The translations under genes and the position numbers were made by a program. A stretch of DNA of 124,000 nt from Octopus vulgaris (taxonomy: Eukaryota), in the NCBI GenBank assembly GCA_951406725.2, contig OX597824.1:32260001-32384000 (forward strand). Direction: 5' to 3'. The notes below the pieces were generated by a model. It saw only the letters and a program-made list of their open reading frames with translations. It made no database searches and was not told where the DNA came from. Below, in pieces: positions 82,601 to 97,155 of this stretch (position 1 is its first letter; every line of letters starts with the position of its first letter).

Positions 82601-85600
82601 GACTGAGAAAAGATAAAATAACAGACAAACAATCAAGTAAAACTGATGGGTCAATAAAGTTGTGTAAAGTTTCCAATTTAATTAGTTTAATTGTTACTTT
82701 TACTATATCTTTATCATCATCATTTGAAAATGACTGTCTTAATGCCCTGGACTCATAGAGCCAGTTATCTGGTTTCCATGGTGTTTAAGTGACCAAGATC
82801 ACATCATTCCCTCTGAATAAGATGCTAGCCTCTAGCAGGTTTACTCATTAAAGCTCAGCAGACTGAAGCAAGGCATGATGAAATGCTTTGCTCAAGAACA
82901 CAATGCATCACCTTGTCTAGGAATCAAAATCATAATCTTGAAATTGTGAGGGCAAAAACCTAACCACTAGGCCACAGGCCTTTACCTTTTACCACACAAA
83001 AAAAAAAAAAATAATAAATATGCCCTTTCAAAGCCTAGCCAGACTCATAGGCCCGGTTTCCCGGTTTCAATGGCGTATGTGTTCCCCAGCTGGATGGGAC
83101 ACCAGTCCATCGCAGCATTGCTCATTTTTGCCAGCTGAGTGGACTGGAGCAATGTGAAATGAAGTGTTTTGCTCAAGAACACAACGCGTCGCCCGGTCCA
83201 GGAATCGAAATTGCAATCTTACGATCATGATGCTGACACCCTAACCACTAAGCCACGCGCCTCCACTTTTACTACAAAAGTAAAATTATTTGAATATTTT
83301 ATACAAAGCAGCAGTGAGCTATTGGGAGATGTTGAAGGCATTCCACTAGCTGCTATGAACATAATTTTGTGACAATGACTTAAGAGATATAAAAACCAAG
83401 AAAAGTGAGTACTTACAAAGCTGGCAGCATTCCAGTATGCTCTACTGTATCTTCTATGGTTATTGAATCTCCTTTCTTCATACCTAGCAGATTACTGATG
83501 CTTTCATAATCATACTGTTCAGCATATCGTAGTCTGACCTACAACAGTAACACATTCATCAAGGTAAATACATGTGCATTTCAAAAAATTAACAATGGAA
83601 GTGCTTACACACAATACGGAAAATGCCTTCCAAAAGGTTTGTATTTTTTTCAGATTATTTTTTATTATTAATAATTTTCATCTGTGACAGTATCAAGTAT
83701 TTTTTGCAAAAACTTTTAAAATAATCTATTATATAAAATCCGTTCTGTGTGTGTGTGTGTGTGTGTCTTCTAGGATCTTGCGCATCCTCCATCAGATTGC
83801 ACTCAAATTTGATATGTAGATACCGACGGTATTATGGGGTGTATAAGTCTTGAAAAAATTACAAAATCGATTCCAGGTGAGAATGTGATTGATAAAGCCG
83901 TGGGAATGTGCATTTGTATGCTCAAGTACATCAGTCGAAAACTGTCTTTTGCTGGTGTCTCAAATATAGGTTAAATCAGTGTTTCTCAAAGGGGAGGCCT
84001 ATGGGATGGTCGGACAAGTTGTTTTGAGAAAATTTGGTTTAAATGTTTGACAACTCAGCACTGTCCATTAGACGGGGGTGGGGGGGCGTTTTGCTCATAT
84101 ATTTTATATAAATGTCTGTTATTGTTGGTGAGAAAGTTTACAATTGGTTTCCTGTCTATTATTGTTCTTAACAATGATAACTTACTGACTGGCCATAATC
84201 AACAACTACATCAAATATGATTGCTCAAAAGAAAAAAAGTATTTTTGAGTGTGCTTTTTTTTTTTGACTTATGAAAAACTGTCCGACTCTGTGTGTGTGT
84301 GTGTGCCTGTGTACGTATGTATGTGTGGGTCTTTTTTCTGGAAGAAAATTTTAACCTGACATTTAAGGAATATGCTTAGCATGTTTGAAAGGGTTGATTG
84401 GCAGTGTTGAGCTTTATTTTTTAATTGGTATTTTAGTGATGGGCTGGTGGGATTGTCTCTATTTTGAGTATACTGTGTAAGCATTTAGGCATTCTGCATG
84501 TGTTCTGTATTTTGTGATTCTGATATTTTTAAAATGATGGATCTCAAGTTGATAAACCAAACAAGATTGCTTCAGCTGAGCTTGATGATTGTTTTGATGA
84601 TCTTAAATAACTTTTATAATTAGTTTTACACTATGAAAAAAATGAAAACAGAATCCCAAAAGACCCTACCATGTCTGCCAAATAAAATTTAAATATTTGT
84701 TTCTATTTTTTAAACATTACTGAATTACCAAGAAAATTTTGAATTTTTTCTGAGCTGAAAATACATTCTAATCGATATTTAAGTTCAGTTAACCAGTAAA
84801 AAAGCTTAAAAAGATTTTCTATGTCTGTTTATTATTTGTTAATGACATTCTGAATTTTTCATCATAGCCTTAAACTTACCTTCTTTTTGACGAATTTATC
84901 CCAGTAGCTCTGAGGGAAGGAGCCCGTACTTAAGACAAGCTTATCCCATTGAGCTTTAATATCATCTTCATCAGGTTGTTCAGCGATATACAAGCCCTCA
85001 AATTCTAGTTTACGAGCAATTTCTTTTTCTCGTTTAAAGATTACTAAAGGCACTTTGAGGCAATAATAAGCCACCAACATTGAGAAGGAGGCTATTGAAT
85101 GTAATACTGCTAACACTTCTAAAACTGGTAACAAATAGTCCACATCTTCTTCCATCATCACAACCTCTTCAGCATCATCATCGTCAGATGTTCCATTACT
85201 TCCAGTGCTTTCCTCCTCTCCTCCAACCATAGCCTGAGTTACCTTGTTCACCTGAAACAATACATTTACATTTAGTGGTATAAAGATTACAATATATTTA
85301 TTGGTAACTATTTCACAAATATACATTACTACCTCATATATATATATAAAGCTGAAGTTGTCTGTGTGTGGCACGTTTAGTAGCCTTCAACTAACACTAT
85401 CTCCTCCGAGACCCTGTGGCGCAAGTTGACCAAAATTGAGAGTATGATAGAAGAAGGTTTACTCTTCATTCCGTAAAAGATAAAATTCAAATCGGACCAT
85501 GTTAAGACCAAAAATTATTTACATCAAAAAGGTGCTTTTTTCTATGAAAATCCCTATTTTTTTAACGATTTTTTGACTGCTGTGTCGCCATTTTTAGGTG

Positions 85601-86405
85601 TATTTCAACCAGAAAAATGTTCACTTAAAGAGAATAACAAGCTACATAATGCAAAAGTTTTACTTTTCAAAAATTCCAATTCTAAAGGGTTGAAACAAAC
85701 CCGAGCAACGCCGGGCGATACTGCTAGTATATATGCAATCACCATATTTCATTCCATAACAGCTACCTCTGATGAGTGCAAGGCTACATAATTGGATTTC
85801 TATCTAACACTGTTGAATCCCTAGCACAAAATCGATTGGTAAGACATTTATTCCAGCTTGCTAACGATTCTGCCAGCTTGCTGCCCTACTTTGATGAATA
85901 GTTATTGATAACAGCAATGTTAAAAAGTGAGATAAATAGTCAAAAAATTGTTAATTATAGGCAATGTTAATGATGGATTAAAAATAGCAATGTGCATACC
86001 TTGTAAAAGAGTAATATAAAGTTGATGAAGAAAGCAAGAGCCAAGGCCACGTATTTGAAATTATAAAAGTTTCTTGCAAAATAACTCTGCAAAGATAAGA
86101 GAAACAGTTTATTAATGGTAGGAATGTTTAATTTCTGTTATGTCTGCTAATTTCGAAACTTTATCAAATTTGTATCAAGAATTAAAGAAAATGAAAATAT
86201 TCTTCCGTTTTGTTGTGTTTTAGGAAGATCTGAAGCAAATAATGAACCAATTGACAAATAAATAATAATAAAAAAAAAGTGAAACAGAACTAGTGTGTAT
86301 TTATTATTGGCCTAACAAATTTCCCAAGATACAACAAAATCTGTTTCAACACATGTTCACACCAATAATCTCACAAGCTAACTACAAGGATGAATAATTC
86401 TTCTT

Positions 86406-86436
<31 letters not shown>

Positions 86437-86448
86437 TTATCATTATTA

Positions 86449-86482
<34 letters not shown>

Positions 86483-86949
86483 ACTGGTGGCGTGGAGAGG
86501 GGAGGTTGGTATGCATGGGCGACTGCTGGTCTTCCATAAACAACCTTGCCCGGACTTGTGTCTAGGAGGGTAACTTTCTAGGTGCAATCCCATGGTCATT
86601 CATGACCGAAGGGGGTCTTTATTATTATTATTATTAGCAGAGTCTAATGAAATTTCAGTTAAAATATGTGTTGCATGTTTTAATGTTTCCTCGATGATCA
86701 CAGGAAATAGCCAAGTGTTTAAGAAATTCACTCCATAACCATGAGGTCTTGTGTTCAGACTCAGTGCATGGCATCAAGGACAAGTAGATTCTGTCAATGT
86801 CTTAGATTGACCCACAGCTTGACAGTGAAATGAAGTTGATAGAAACAGTGTGGAAGTTTCAGTGAATGGACCATACCACTAATTTACTGAAGTAACCTTG
86901 TCAGAAAACAGAACCAGACTGAATCTGTCTGAAGATTATACTGAGCATA

Positions 86950-86987
<38 letters not shown>

Positions 86988-87207
86988 TCTTTTATTCCTT
87001 TACTCTTTTATTTGTTGCAGTCATTTGACTGCAGCCATGCTGGAGCACTGCTCAAACAAATTGACCCTAGGACTTATTCTGTGTAAGCCTAGTACTTATT
87101 CTGTTTGTGTCTTTTGTCAAACCACTAAGTTGCAGGGACGTAAATACACCAACATTGGTTGTCAAGCAGGGGTGGGAGGACAAACATAGACACACAAGCA
87201 TATACAA

Positions 87208-87270
<63 letters not shown>

Positions 87271-87439
87271 CATATATATATATGACGGGCTTCTTTCAGT
87301 TTCTGTCTACCAAATCCACAAGGCCTTGATCAGCCCGAGGCTATAGTAGAAAACACTTGCCCAAAGTGTCATGCAGTAGGCCTGAGCCCAGAACCATGTG
87401 GTTGGTAAGCAAGCTGCTTACTACACAGCCACTCCTGTG

Positions 87440-87516
<77 letters not shown>

Positions 87517-89501
87517 CAGTTGTAGTAACCAACTAAGGTATAAAATATCCGTGTATACAATAAGTATCCGTTACCTGTGTTATTCCCGGGCAATGGTATG
87601 CAGGGACACCATATACATCAAGCACAGGTGACAAAAGGATAAACAAAAGTTTATCAAGAGTCAATGCAAATAATTACAAAATGGAGAGTCATTAGACTCT
87701 ACTCAGGAATAAAGAAGAAGAAGAAGAAGAAGAAGGAGAAGGAGAAGAAGAAGGAGAAGGAAGAAGAAGAAGAAGAAGAAGAAGAAGAAGAAGAAGAAGA
87801 AGAAGAAGAAGAAGAAGAAGAAGAAGAAGAAGAAGAAGAAGAAGAAGAAGAAGAAGAAGAAGAAGAAGAAGAAGATGTAGAAGAAGCTGGTATGCTGGTA
87901 CCACATAAAATGATCCCATGCTGGCACCACATATAAAGCTCCTGTGTTGGTGCCACATAAAAAGCATCCGCTACACTCTGCATAGTGGTTTGTATTAGGA
88001 AGGGCATCCAGCTATATAAACCATGCCAAAACAGACAATTGGAGTCCATTGTAGCTCTTTGGCTTGCCAGCTCCTGTCAAACTGTCCAAATCATGCCAGC
88101 ATGGAAAAACAGATGTTAAATGATGATGTGGATGATGATGATGTTCTAACAATTCTGCCAGATTACAACCTTCAATATTGCAAAAAAATATTATTGATAA
88201 TTACCAGGATATATTTTCCATAATCAAATGCTTTGGTTTCATAAGGTACTTCTTCCTCTCCTGCAACAATACCCTCTTCACCTTCGAGCTCTTCTCCCTT
88301 GCCGCTATCGGTCGTTGGAGTGCCATTAGTTCTGTAAAAACAATAACAGTAAAGTTTTAGATTAATACTATTTATGAAAATCACTGTTTATATTGTGACG
88401 TATATTTGCCATTTAAATATGGCTAACCCCTAAGGGTGGATGCTAATGTAGTTTGTAGCCCCAGGAGGACACCTCCTCCAGCTGGCTATAGACACACTTT
88501 CTGTGCCCTATCAGTATTTGTAAAGAGTGCCCCAGGAGGACACATCCTCCAGCCGGCTATAGACACACTTTCTGTGCCCTATCAGTATTTGCAAATACTG
88601 ATAGGGCACTGAAAGTGTGTCTATAGCCAGCTGGAGGAGGTGTCCTCCTGAGGCTACAAACTATAGTAGCATCCACCCTTAGGGGTTAGCCATATTTAAA
88701 TGGCAAATATACATCACGATGTGTTGTTGCTACTGTTTATAACTCGCTCTGAGATTTATTATTGACTGTTTATATTATATTTTCATTATTTGCACTGTTT
88801 ACAGTAAGCTCTGAAATGATGAGCTGCAGATTTATACTTAATTATGGTCCAAAAGATTCAAATGTAAATATGCTGGTTGCTGTTGTGCATGTCACAGGAG
88901 AACAACTTCTTCCTTTTACTATGACTGCATTCATAAAATACTTTCCTCATTGGTGCAAAGGATTTTGAGATACCAGTTTTTTGACATGTGTCTCATCAAC
89001 CAGAATGTGTCTTATCAAACACTCCTTTGAGTCAATCAATAATTGTGTAAGTTTATTGAAAAGGAAAAGACATTTAAATTATTCATATATTTTAAAGTAG
89101 AAAGAAAACGTACGCTTCGTTTGTAGATGTTCCAGCTGGAGCTGGAATTTCTGGCACTGATTCAGCTATCAAGAATTTTTCTTCCTATAATGAAAGAAAA
89201 TGGACAATTAAAATATCTACATCGTAATGTCAATACATTCTTTGATATTCAATACTATCCTTTCTTTTATCTTTTATTCTTTTACTTGTGTCAGTCATTT
89301 GACTGCGGCCATGCTCGAGCACCGCCTTTAGTCGAGCAAATCGACCCCAGGACTTATTCTTTGTAAGTCTAGTACTTATTCTATCGGTCTTTTTTGCTGA
89401 ACTGCTAAGTTATGGGGACGTAAACACACCAGCATTGGTAGTTATGCGATGTTGGGGGGATAAACACAGACACAGAAACATACATACGCACACACACGCA
89501 T

Positions 89502-89540
<39 letters not shown>

Positions 89541-90186
89541 TATATACGAGGGGCTTCTTTCAGTTTCTGTCTACCAAATCCACTCACAAGGCTTTGGTCG
89601 GCCTGAAGCTATAGTAGAAGACACTTGCCCAAGGTGCCACGCAGTGGGACTGAACCCGGAACCATGTGGATGGTAAGCAAGCTTCTTACCACACAGCCCT
89701 GCCTGTGCCTAAATTTATTCTTGATATATTCTTGACATTTTACTTCAGAGTTTTGCAATTAATACAATAAATTTCTATACTATTTCAACCCTTTAGCATT
89801 TGAACCAGTCATATTCAGTCCTCTTTTATGTTTAAACTGCCCTGATCTGGCTTCTCACACCTACTTACAATGTCAATCTAAAAATAAACTATCGCATCAT
89901 TGAAACCATGAAACTATAAGATAATGCATGATTAACTCAAAACAATACTCTTACTCTTTTACTCTTTTACTTGTTTCAGTCATTTGACTGTGGCCATGCT
90001 GGAGCACCGCCTTTAATCGAGCAACTCGACCCCTGGACTTATTCTTTTGTAAGCCCTGTACTTATTCTATCGGTCTCTTTTGCCGAACCGCTAAGTAACG
90101 GGGACATAAAAACACCAGCATCTGTTGTCAAGCAATGCTAGGAGGACAAACACAGACACACAACTCCTTACAAATACACACACGCT

Positions 90187-90256
<70 letters not shown>

Positions 90257-93200
90257 TACGACGGGCTTCTTTCAGTTTCCGTCTACCAAATCCACTCACA
90301 AGGCTTTGGTCGGCTCGAGGCTATAGTAGAAGACACTTGCCCAAGGTGCCACGCAGTGGTACTGAACCCGGAACCTTGTGGTTGGTAAGCAAGCTACTTA
90401 CCACACAGCCACTCCTGCGCCTATGCCAATAAATTAACATTACATTTGATAGAGTAATCTGAATGCTGAAGGGTTAAACTGGCAACATCTGGCTTATCAT
90501 ACCTACCCTACAATGTCATTCTAAAAATGAATAATCATAGCATCAAAAACCTCGAAACTGTGAGACAACACATGGGTAATTCAAAACAATGTGAATAAAT
90601 AAACATTAGATTTGGCTGATTAATCTGAATGTTAACTCATATTCTCAACTTAGAATTAAGGAGAAAAACTCAGTTTGACCTCATTTATTATTTTTAATAA
90701 AAATGCTCTATAGATTTAATATTATATATGGGCCTCACAGTGGCAAAGTGGCTGAGTTCCTCTTGAGCACTGGGCCTGACGGAGGCAAAATAGTTGAGTT
90801 CCTTTCAAGTGTTGAGCCTCATGGAGGCGAGGTGGCTGAGTTCCTTTTGAGTATTGGGCCTCATGGAGGCGAGGTGGTTGAATTCCTTTTGAGTATTGGG
90901 CCTCATAGAGGCGAGGTGGCTGAGATCCTTTTGAGTACTGGGCCTCATGGAGGCAATGACCAAGACCTTTGGCATTATGTCATGCTTGAGAAGAAGACCC
91001 ACAAAGCCAAGCAAAATCACAGACATGGCAGATACCAGTGTCACACAAACTGGCACCTGTGCTGGTGACATGTAAATGTACCCCAGTGTTATGCAAATGG
91101 CACCCATGCTGGTGGCATGTAAAAGCACCCATTACACTCTTGGAGTGGTTGGCATTAGGAAGGACATCCAGCCATAGAAAACCATACCAAATCAGACTGG
91201 AGTCTGGTGCAGCATTCCAGCATGCCAGCAGAGACAACAGCATAGACAACAGACGTTAAATGATGATAATGATGATGATGATGTGTGTGTTGTTGGGTGA
91301 GGTAAGATTCTTCATGAAGTATGTACCGAGTCAGAATAAGATATTTATTTTATAAAAACAATAAACAATGTCAACTGTTAATTATAAAACCCCCACTGTA
91401 GATTATTACCCTAAGACACAAATTTTGAAAAACATACAATATACCTAATATAGTTTAGCGGGGGTTAATATATATTTCTTTACTATCCACAAGGGGCTAA
91501 ACACAGAGGAGACAAACAAGGACAGACAAAGGGATTAAGACCCCAGTGCGTAATTGGTACTTTATTTAATCGACCCCGAAAGGATGAAAGGCAAAATCGA
91601 CCTCGGCGGAATTTGAACTCAGAACGTAACGGCAGACGAAATACGGCAACGCATTTCGCCCGGCGTGCTAACGTTTCTGCCAGCTCGCCGCTGGTTAATA
91701 TAATGTAGTGAACCTCCCTCTACTATCACTAATTTTTAATTATTAACTATTGTACCTGTATTGAGGAGAAGAAATCGTTAGTTTTAATGATTAATTCTGG
91801 ATAAGAAAGAGAGACTTATTTAAAATTAAAATTAATTAAAAATGTTGAGTTGGGTATGAGGTAGAAAGGGCATGTGATTTTTGACAAGTTCAAGGATAAA
91901 CAAGGCTATATTTTCTTCTTATTAGACCTCTTCATAAAGATTTTGAATAAATAAACATTCCTGCTGCAACACCTTAAAATAATTCTGAGATACTTTCTCC
92001 AGTTATAAAAAAAGAAATATACTTTAGTTATTAGAACACTTACCAAAAGCATTTCATTTGGACCTTCAGAGGTAGCTGAAGGTAATTCTTTTGATGGTAC
92101 ACTACCATTTATTGTTGTAGCATCAACTTCTGGTGCCGTCTGTCCCTCTGTCACACTGATAGATCTGAAGGAATAAATAAGGAACTTGTGAATCCTTAAC
92201 TGACAAACTGAACAACACACACACACATACATGCACACATATATATGATAGGCTTCTTTCTGTTTTCATCTACCAAATTTACTCACAAAGGTTTGGTTGT
92301 CCTGGGGGTTATTATAAAAGGCACTTGCCTGAGGTGACACACAGAACAATGTGGTTGGGAAGCAACCTTCTTACCACACACACACACACACACACACATG
92401 CACACATGTCTGTGCCTATAATATTAATATTTTCATTTCAGGGTTAGCAATTTTGAGGGGAAGGGCAAGTTGATTATATCAACCCCAGTACTTGATTGGT
92501 ACTTTATTTAACTGACCATGTAGGATGAAAGCACAGTTGACCTTTGTGGGATTTGAACTCAGAATGTAAAGAGTCAGAAGAAATGCCGCTAAGCAGTTTG
92601 TCCGATGAGCCAAAGATTCTTATTTCTTTACTGCCCACAAGGGGCTACACACAGAGGGGACAAACAAGAACAGACAAAATGGACTAAGTTGATTATATCG
92701 ACCCCAGTGCATAACTGGTACTTATTTAATTGACCCTGAAAGGATGAAAGGCAAAATCGACCTTAGTGGAATTTGAACTCAGAACATAATGGCAGACGAA
92801 ATACTGTAAAGCATTTCACTTGGCATGCTAATGTTTCTGCCAGCTCGCCGCCTTATAGATGAGTTAAAGATTCTACCCGCTCATCACCCTTGTAAAAGGG
92901 TAAAGGGTAAAGACCTCCTTTGGTCATGAATGACTATGGAATTGCATCTAGAAAGTTACTCTCCAAGGTACAAGTCTGGGCAAGGTTGTTTATGGAAGAC
93001 CAGCAGTTACCCATGCATACCAGCCTCCCCTCTCTGTGCCACCGATGTTATCCAAGAGAAAAGTAAAGGCTAATACAGTTTGGTACCAGTGACATTTCTA
93101 CAGTTAAGTGAACTATAGCAATGTGAAATAAAGTGTCTTGCTCAAGAACACAACACAGCCTGGTCTGGGAATTGAACTCGTTACGTCATGATTGTGAACC

Positions 93201-93717
93201 TGATGCTCTAACCACTGAGCCATGTGCCCTCACCCTATATTAGTATTAGTAGTAGTTGTATGGGTTATAACAGATATTCTGGTCAATACCACAGATTTAC
93301 TAGTCAGTTGCTTGACCTTTGCCAGTTGAACATGTCCCTTGGTGGCTGACAATATGTACATCTCTTATCACAAGTGGGAGTAGTTGGGGAGCATTACAGC
93401 TGTGTGTAGAGAGGAATTCCTTGGGGTTTGAATCTTTCACTTTTGGAAATCTGAGTGCTTTGTTCATTCTTAAACAAACCTCATTCAGGAACTTTTTAAG
93501 TGGGATGGGCTACTTGACCTGAAAAAAATTCTAACTGGCACCAACCTGCAAGGTCATGCATCATTTATCTTGATATGAGAACACTATGTCATGCACATAT
93601 GGTTGTGATGCATGTACCTGGTGTATCCTTATCAGACGGGTAGTCATGATGGGTATATTGGGCTTTGTATATTTGTACCCCAGTGTCAATTTGAAGGCAT
93701 GCATTCCTCTCTCATTC

Positions 93718-93768
<51 letters not shown>

Positions 93769-96700
93769 CCTTTCTACTATAGTCACAAAGCATGGAATTT
93801 GAGAAGAGGAGTATAGTTGATCATTTTGACCCCAATGCTTGACTGATACTTAATTTATCAACCCCAAAAGGATAAAAGGCAAAATTAGCCTCGGCGGAAT
93901 TTGAACCCAGAACATAAAGGTGGACGAAATGCAACTAAACATTTTGTCTGGTGAGCTAATGATTCTGCCCACACACTGCCTTGATAATGATAATAATAAT
94001 GACATCACAATACTACAAGTAATAATGGTGTTAGAAATGAAAGAAGTGAATGAGCTTTAACTTACTCTTTCAGACCATTTTCCTTCTTAGCAGGGAACGT
94101 TTTAACAGGTCCTCCATTTTCTTGTGTAACTTTTGGTCCTGCCGGTGCCGCTCCACTAGGCGTTTCTGGGGCTCCTAATGCCAATGGAGCAGGCATTATA
94201 GCAGGGGGGTGTTTGGTAGCAGCAGCCTTTACAGCATCTGAAGTCACCTCCATACCTCGATCACCCATCATCATATTTATCAAGAATTTGGCTAAAGTCC
94301 TTTTAGTAATAAATATTGACAAATATAAGAAATTAAGACATTTATCAACAACTGTATTTTAAGAAATAGGAATTATTTTAATATTATAAAATTACAGACT
94401 TAATTACAAATCAAAATTTGTGTTGTGACCCCCTTCAGTCATGAATGGCCATGGGATTGCACCTAGAAAGTTAACCCTCCGAGGCACAAGTCTGGGCAAG
94501 GCTGTTTATGGAAGACCAGTAGTTACCCATGCATACCAGCCTCCCCTCTCCATGCCACCAATGTTATCCAAGGGAAAGGCAAAGACGGATACAGATTGGC
94601 ACCAGTGATGTCACAGCTCATTTATTAATGTGCAAGTGGCTGAGCACTCCACAGACACGTGTACCCTTAACGTAGTTCTTGGGGAGAATCAGCGTGACAC
94701 AAAGGTACAACAGAAACAAGAAAAAAGAGCGAGAGAAAGTTGTAGTGAAAGAGTACAGCAGGGTTCACTCCTACCTCCTGCCGGAGCCTCATGGAACTTT
94801 AGGTCTTTTTGCTCAATAAACACTCAAAATGCCCGCTCTGGGAATCGAAAACCTGGTCCTACAACCGAGAGTCCACTGCCCTAACCACTGGGCCATTGCG
94901 CCTCCACATGAATCAAAATTGCAGATAAGTATATTATACATATATGTGTGCATATGAGTGTGTGTGCACACTCGTGCACTTGTGTGTCTTATCTTATCTT
95001 TATCTTTTATTTATTTCAGTCATTAACTGTGGCCATACTGGAGCACCACCTTGAATTTTTTAGTTGAATGAATTGACCTCAGAACTTACTTTTTAAGTCT
95101 GTTATTTATTCTATTTTTGCTGAATCACTAAGTTATCACTAGCTGTCAAGCAGTGGTGGAGGAAAAAACACAGACACAAAGACACACACACTGACATACA
95201 TACATACATACATACATACATACATACATACATACATACATACATACATTCATACATATACATATATATATGTCTGTGTGTGTGTCTTCTAGGATCTCGG
95301 GCATCCTGCATCCGATTGCACTCAAATTTGATATGTATCAGGGCGTGTATAAGGCTTGAAAAAATTGCAAAAATCGATTCCAGGTGAGAATGCGATCGAT
95401 AAAGCCGTGGGAACGTACATTTGTATGTGCAAGTACTTCAGCTGCTACAATCGTACATGAGAAAAATGCACATGCAGCTTGCACAAAAAAAGCCTGCTGG
95501 CTTGAAATAATGCCACAAAATGGGACGGTTGTACAAGTTGTTTTGAGAAAATTTGGTTTCAGTATTTGACAACTCAGCACCGTCCATTTGACAGGGGGCA
95601 TTTTGCTCGTATATATATATATATATATATTTCCTTTCATTCTTCTCATTTCCATCTTTTTAAAAATAACTCCTTACATTGATCTCTACTATTTCCCTCT
95701 ATTTAACCATCTCACATCGTCTCTGATGAAGGGATATCCCTAATATCCCAGAAACAGCTGTAAGGCTAGCTTTCTCTTTATAAATGTCCTGAAAATTCCA
95801 CACAGCCTTAGCTCTGTGGTCTCATTTTATTTAACACACACACACACACACATATATATACATATATGATGAGCTTCTTTCAGTTTCTGTCTATCAAATT
95901 CACTCACAAAGCTTTGACTGGCCTGATTATATAGAAGATACTTGCCCAAGGTGCCACACAGTGGGACTGAACTTAGAACCATGTGATTGGGAACCAAACT
96001 TCTTACCACACAGCCACACCTACATATTATATATATATACATACATATCATACATATATATAATATTTTTCTCATTGATTTACTGGCTACAGTTGCATAT
96101 ATATGTGTGTGTGTGTGTGTGCATGTGTGTGTTTGTATCTTATCTTTATCTTTTACTTATTTCAGTCATTAACTACTGCCATGCTGGGGCACCACCTTGA
96201 ATTTTTAATTGAATGAATTGACCTCAGAACTTACTTTTTAAGTCTGTTATTTATTCTATTTTTCTCTTTTTGCTGTATTAAGCTTTAAGACTTATTTAAT
96301 ACAAATTACAAACTTATGGATTTTTGAAATTAAACATTCATTATTTTCCTATGTTCACATACACCCCATTTGTTTGTTAAGAACATGAAATTTGCTTCTG
96401 GCATTATCAAATTTGCCCATCCCTGTTCTAGAGAATGACTTTCATATCTGTAACAATTTACTTACCAGAATATATGGAATATCAGTGTTAATATTGATAG
96501 TCCAAATTGGAAATTTCCTTTTAGGATCATCATAAACAGTTGTCCGTAGGTCATACTGCGGAATGTATGATATGTATTCTTGATATTGGACCATGTGAAC
96601 AATGATAATAAGGATCCGATGAAATCTCGAATGGTACGATATGTTGCCTTCACGGGCTCTAAAATGCTGTCAAAAGAAAAATAGATATACATGTCAAAAT

Positions 96701-97109
96701 TAAAGAATTATATATATACATTTTTTTATTTGTGGGTTAACAAGGCAACCAGTGGTTTCATGTAAAGTGATCTTCACAATTATTCATGCATGCCGCATTG
96801 AAATGTTATTTATTTATATCAAAACAAAAGACCAGAAAAAATTTGGTATATTTTTAATTCTATGTTACAGGTGTTTCATTACAGGATAAATGTTGCAAAG
96901 GTATACATATAGAAAAACATGTATAGAATCTCCTATCCTTAATCCTTCAGACAAAATTTAAAAAATAATACAAAATTATGTTGTATGACAAAACAAAATT
97001 ACACTCACCTTCCTGCTCCTACACCACCTATCACAGATGACAACTTCAACTCCTCCCCGGTGATACTCGTTGCATGTTGCATCTGACGATAAATAATAAT
97101 AATGATAAC

Positions 97110-97155
<46 letters not shown>

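Noticed and set aside
87664-88049. Poly-E/L/S/F ORFs
   Set aside because: (GAA)n tract; no splice context linking it to RyR.
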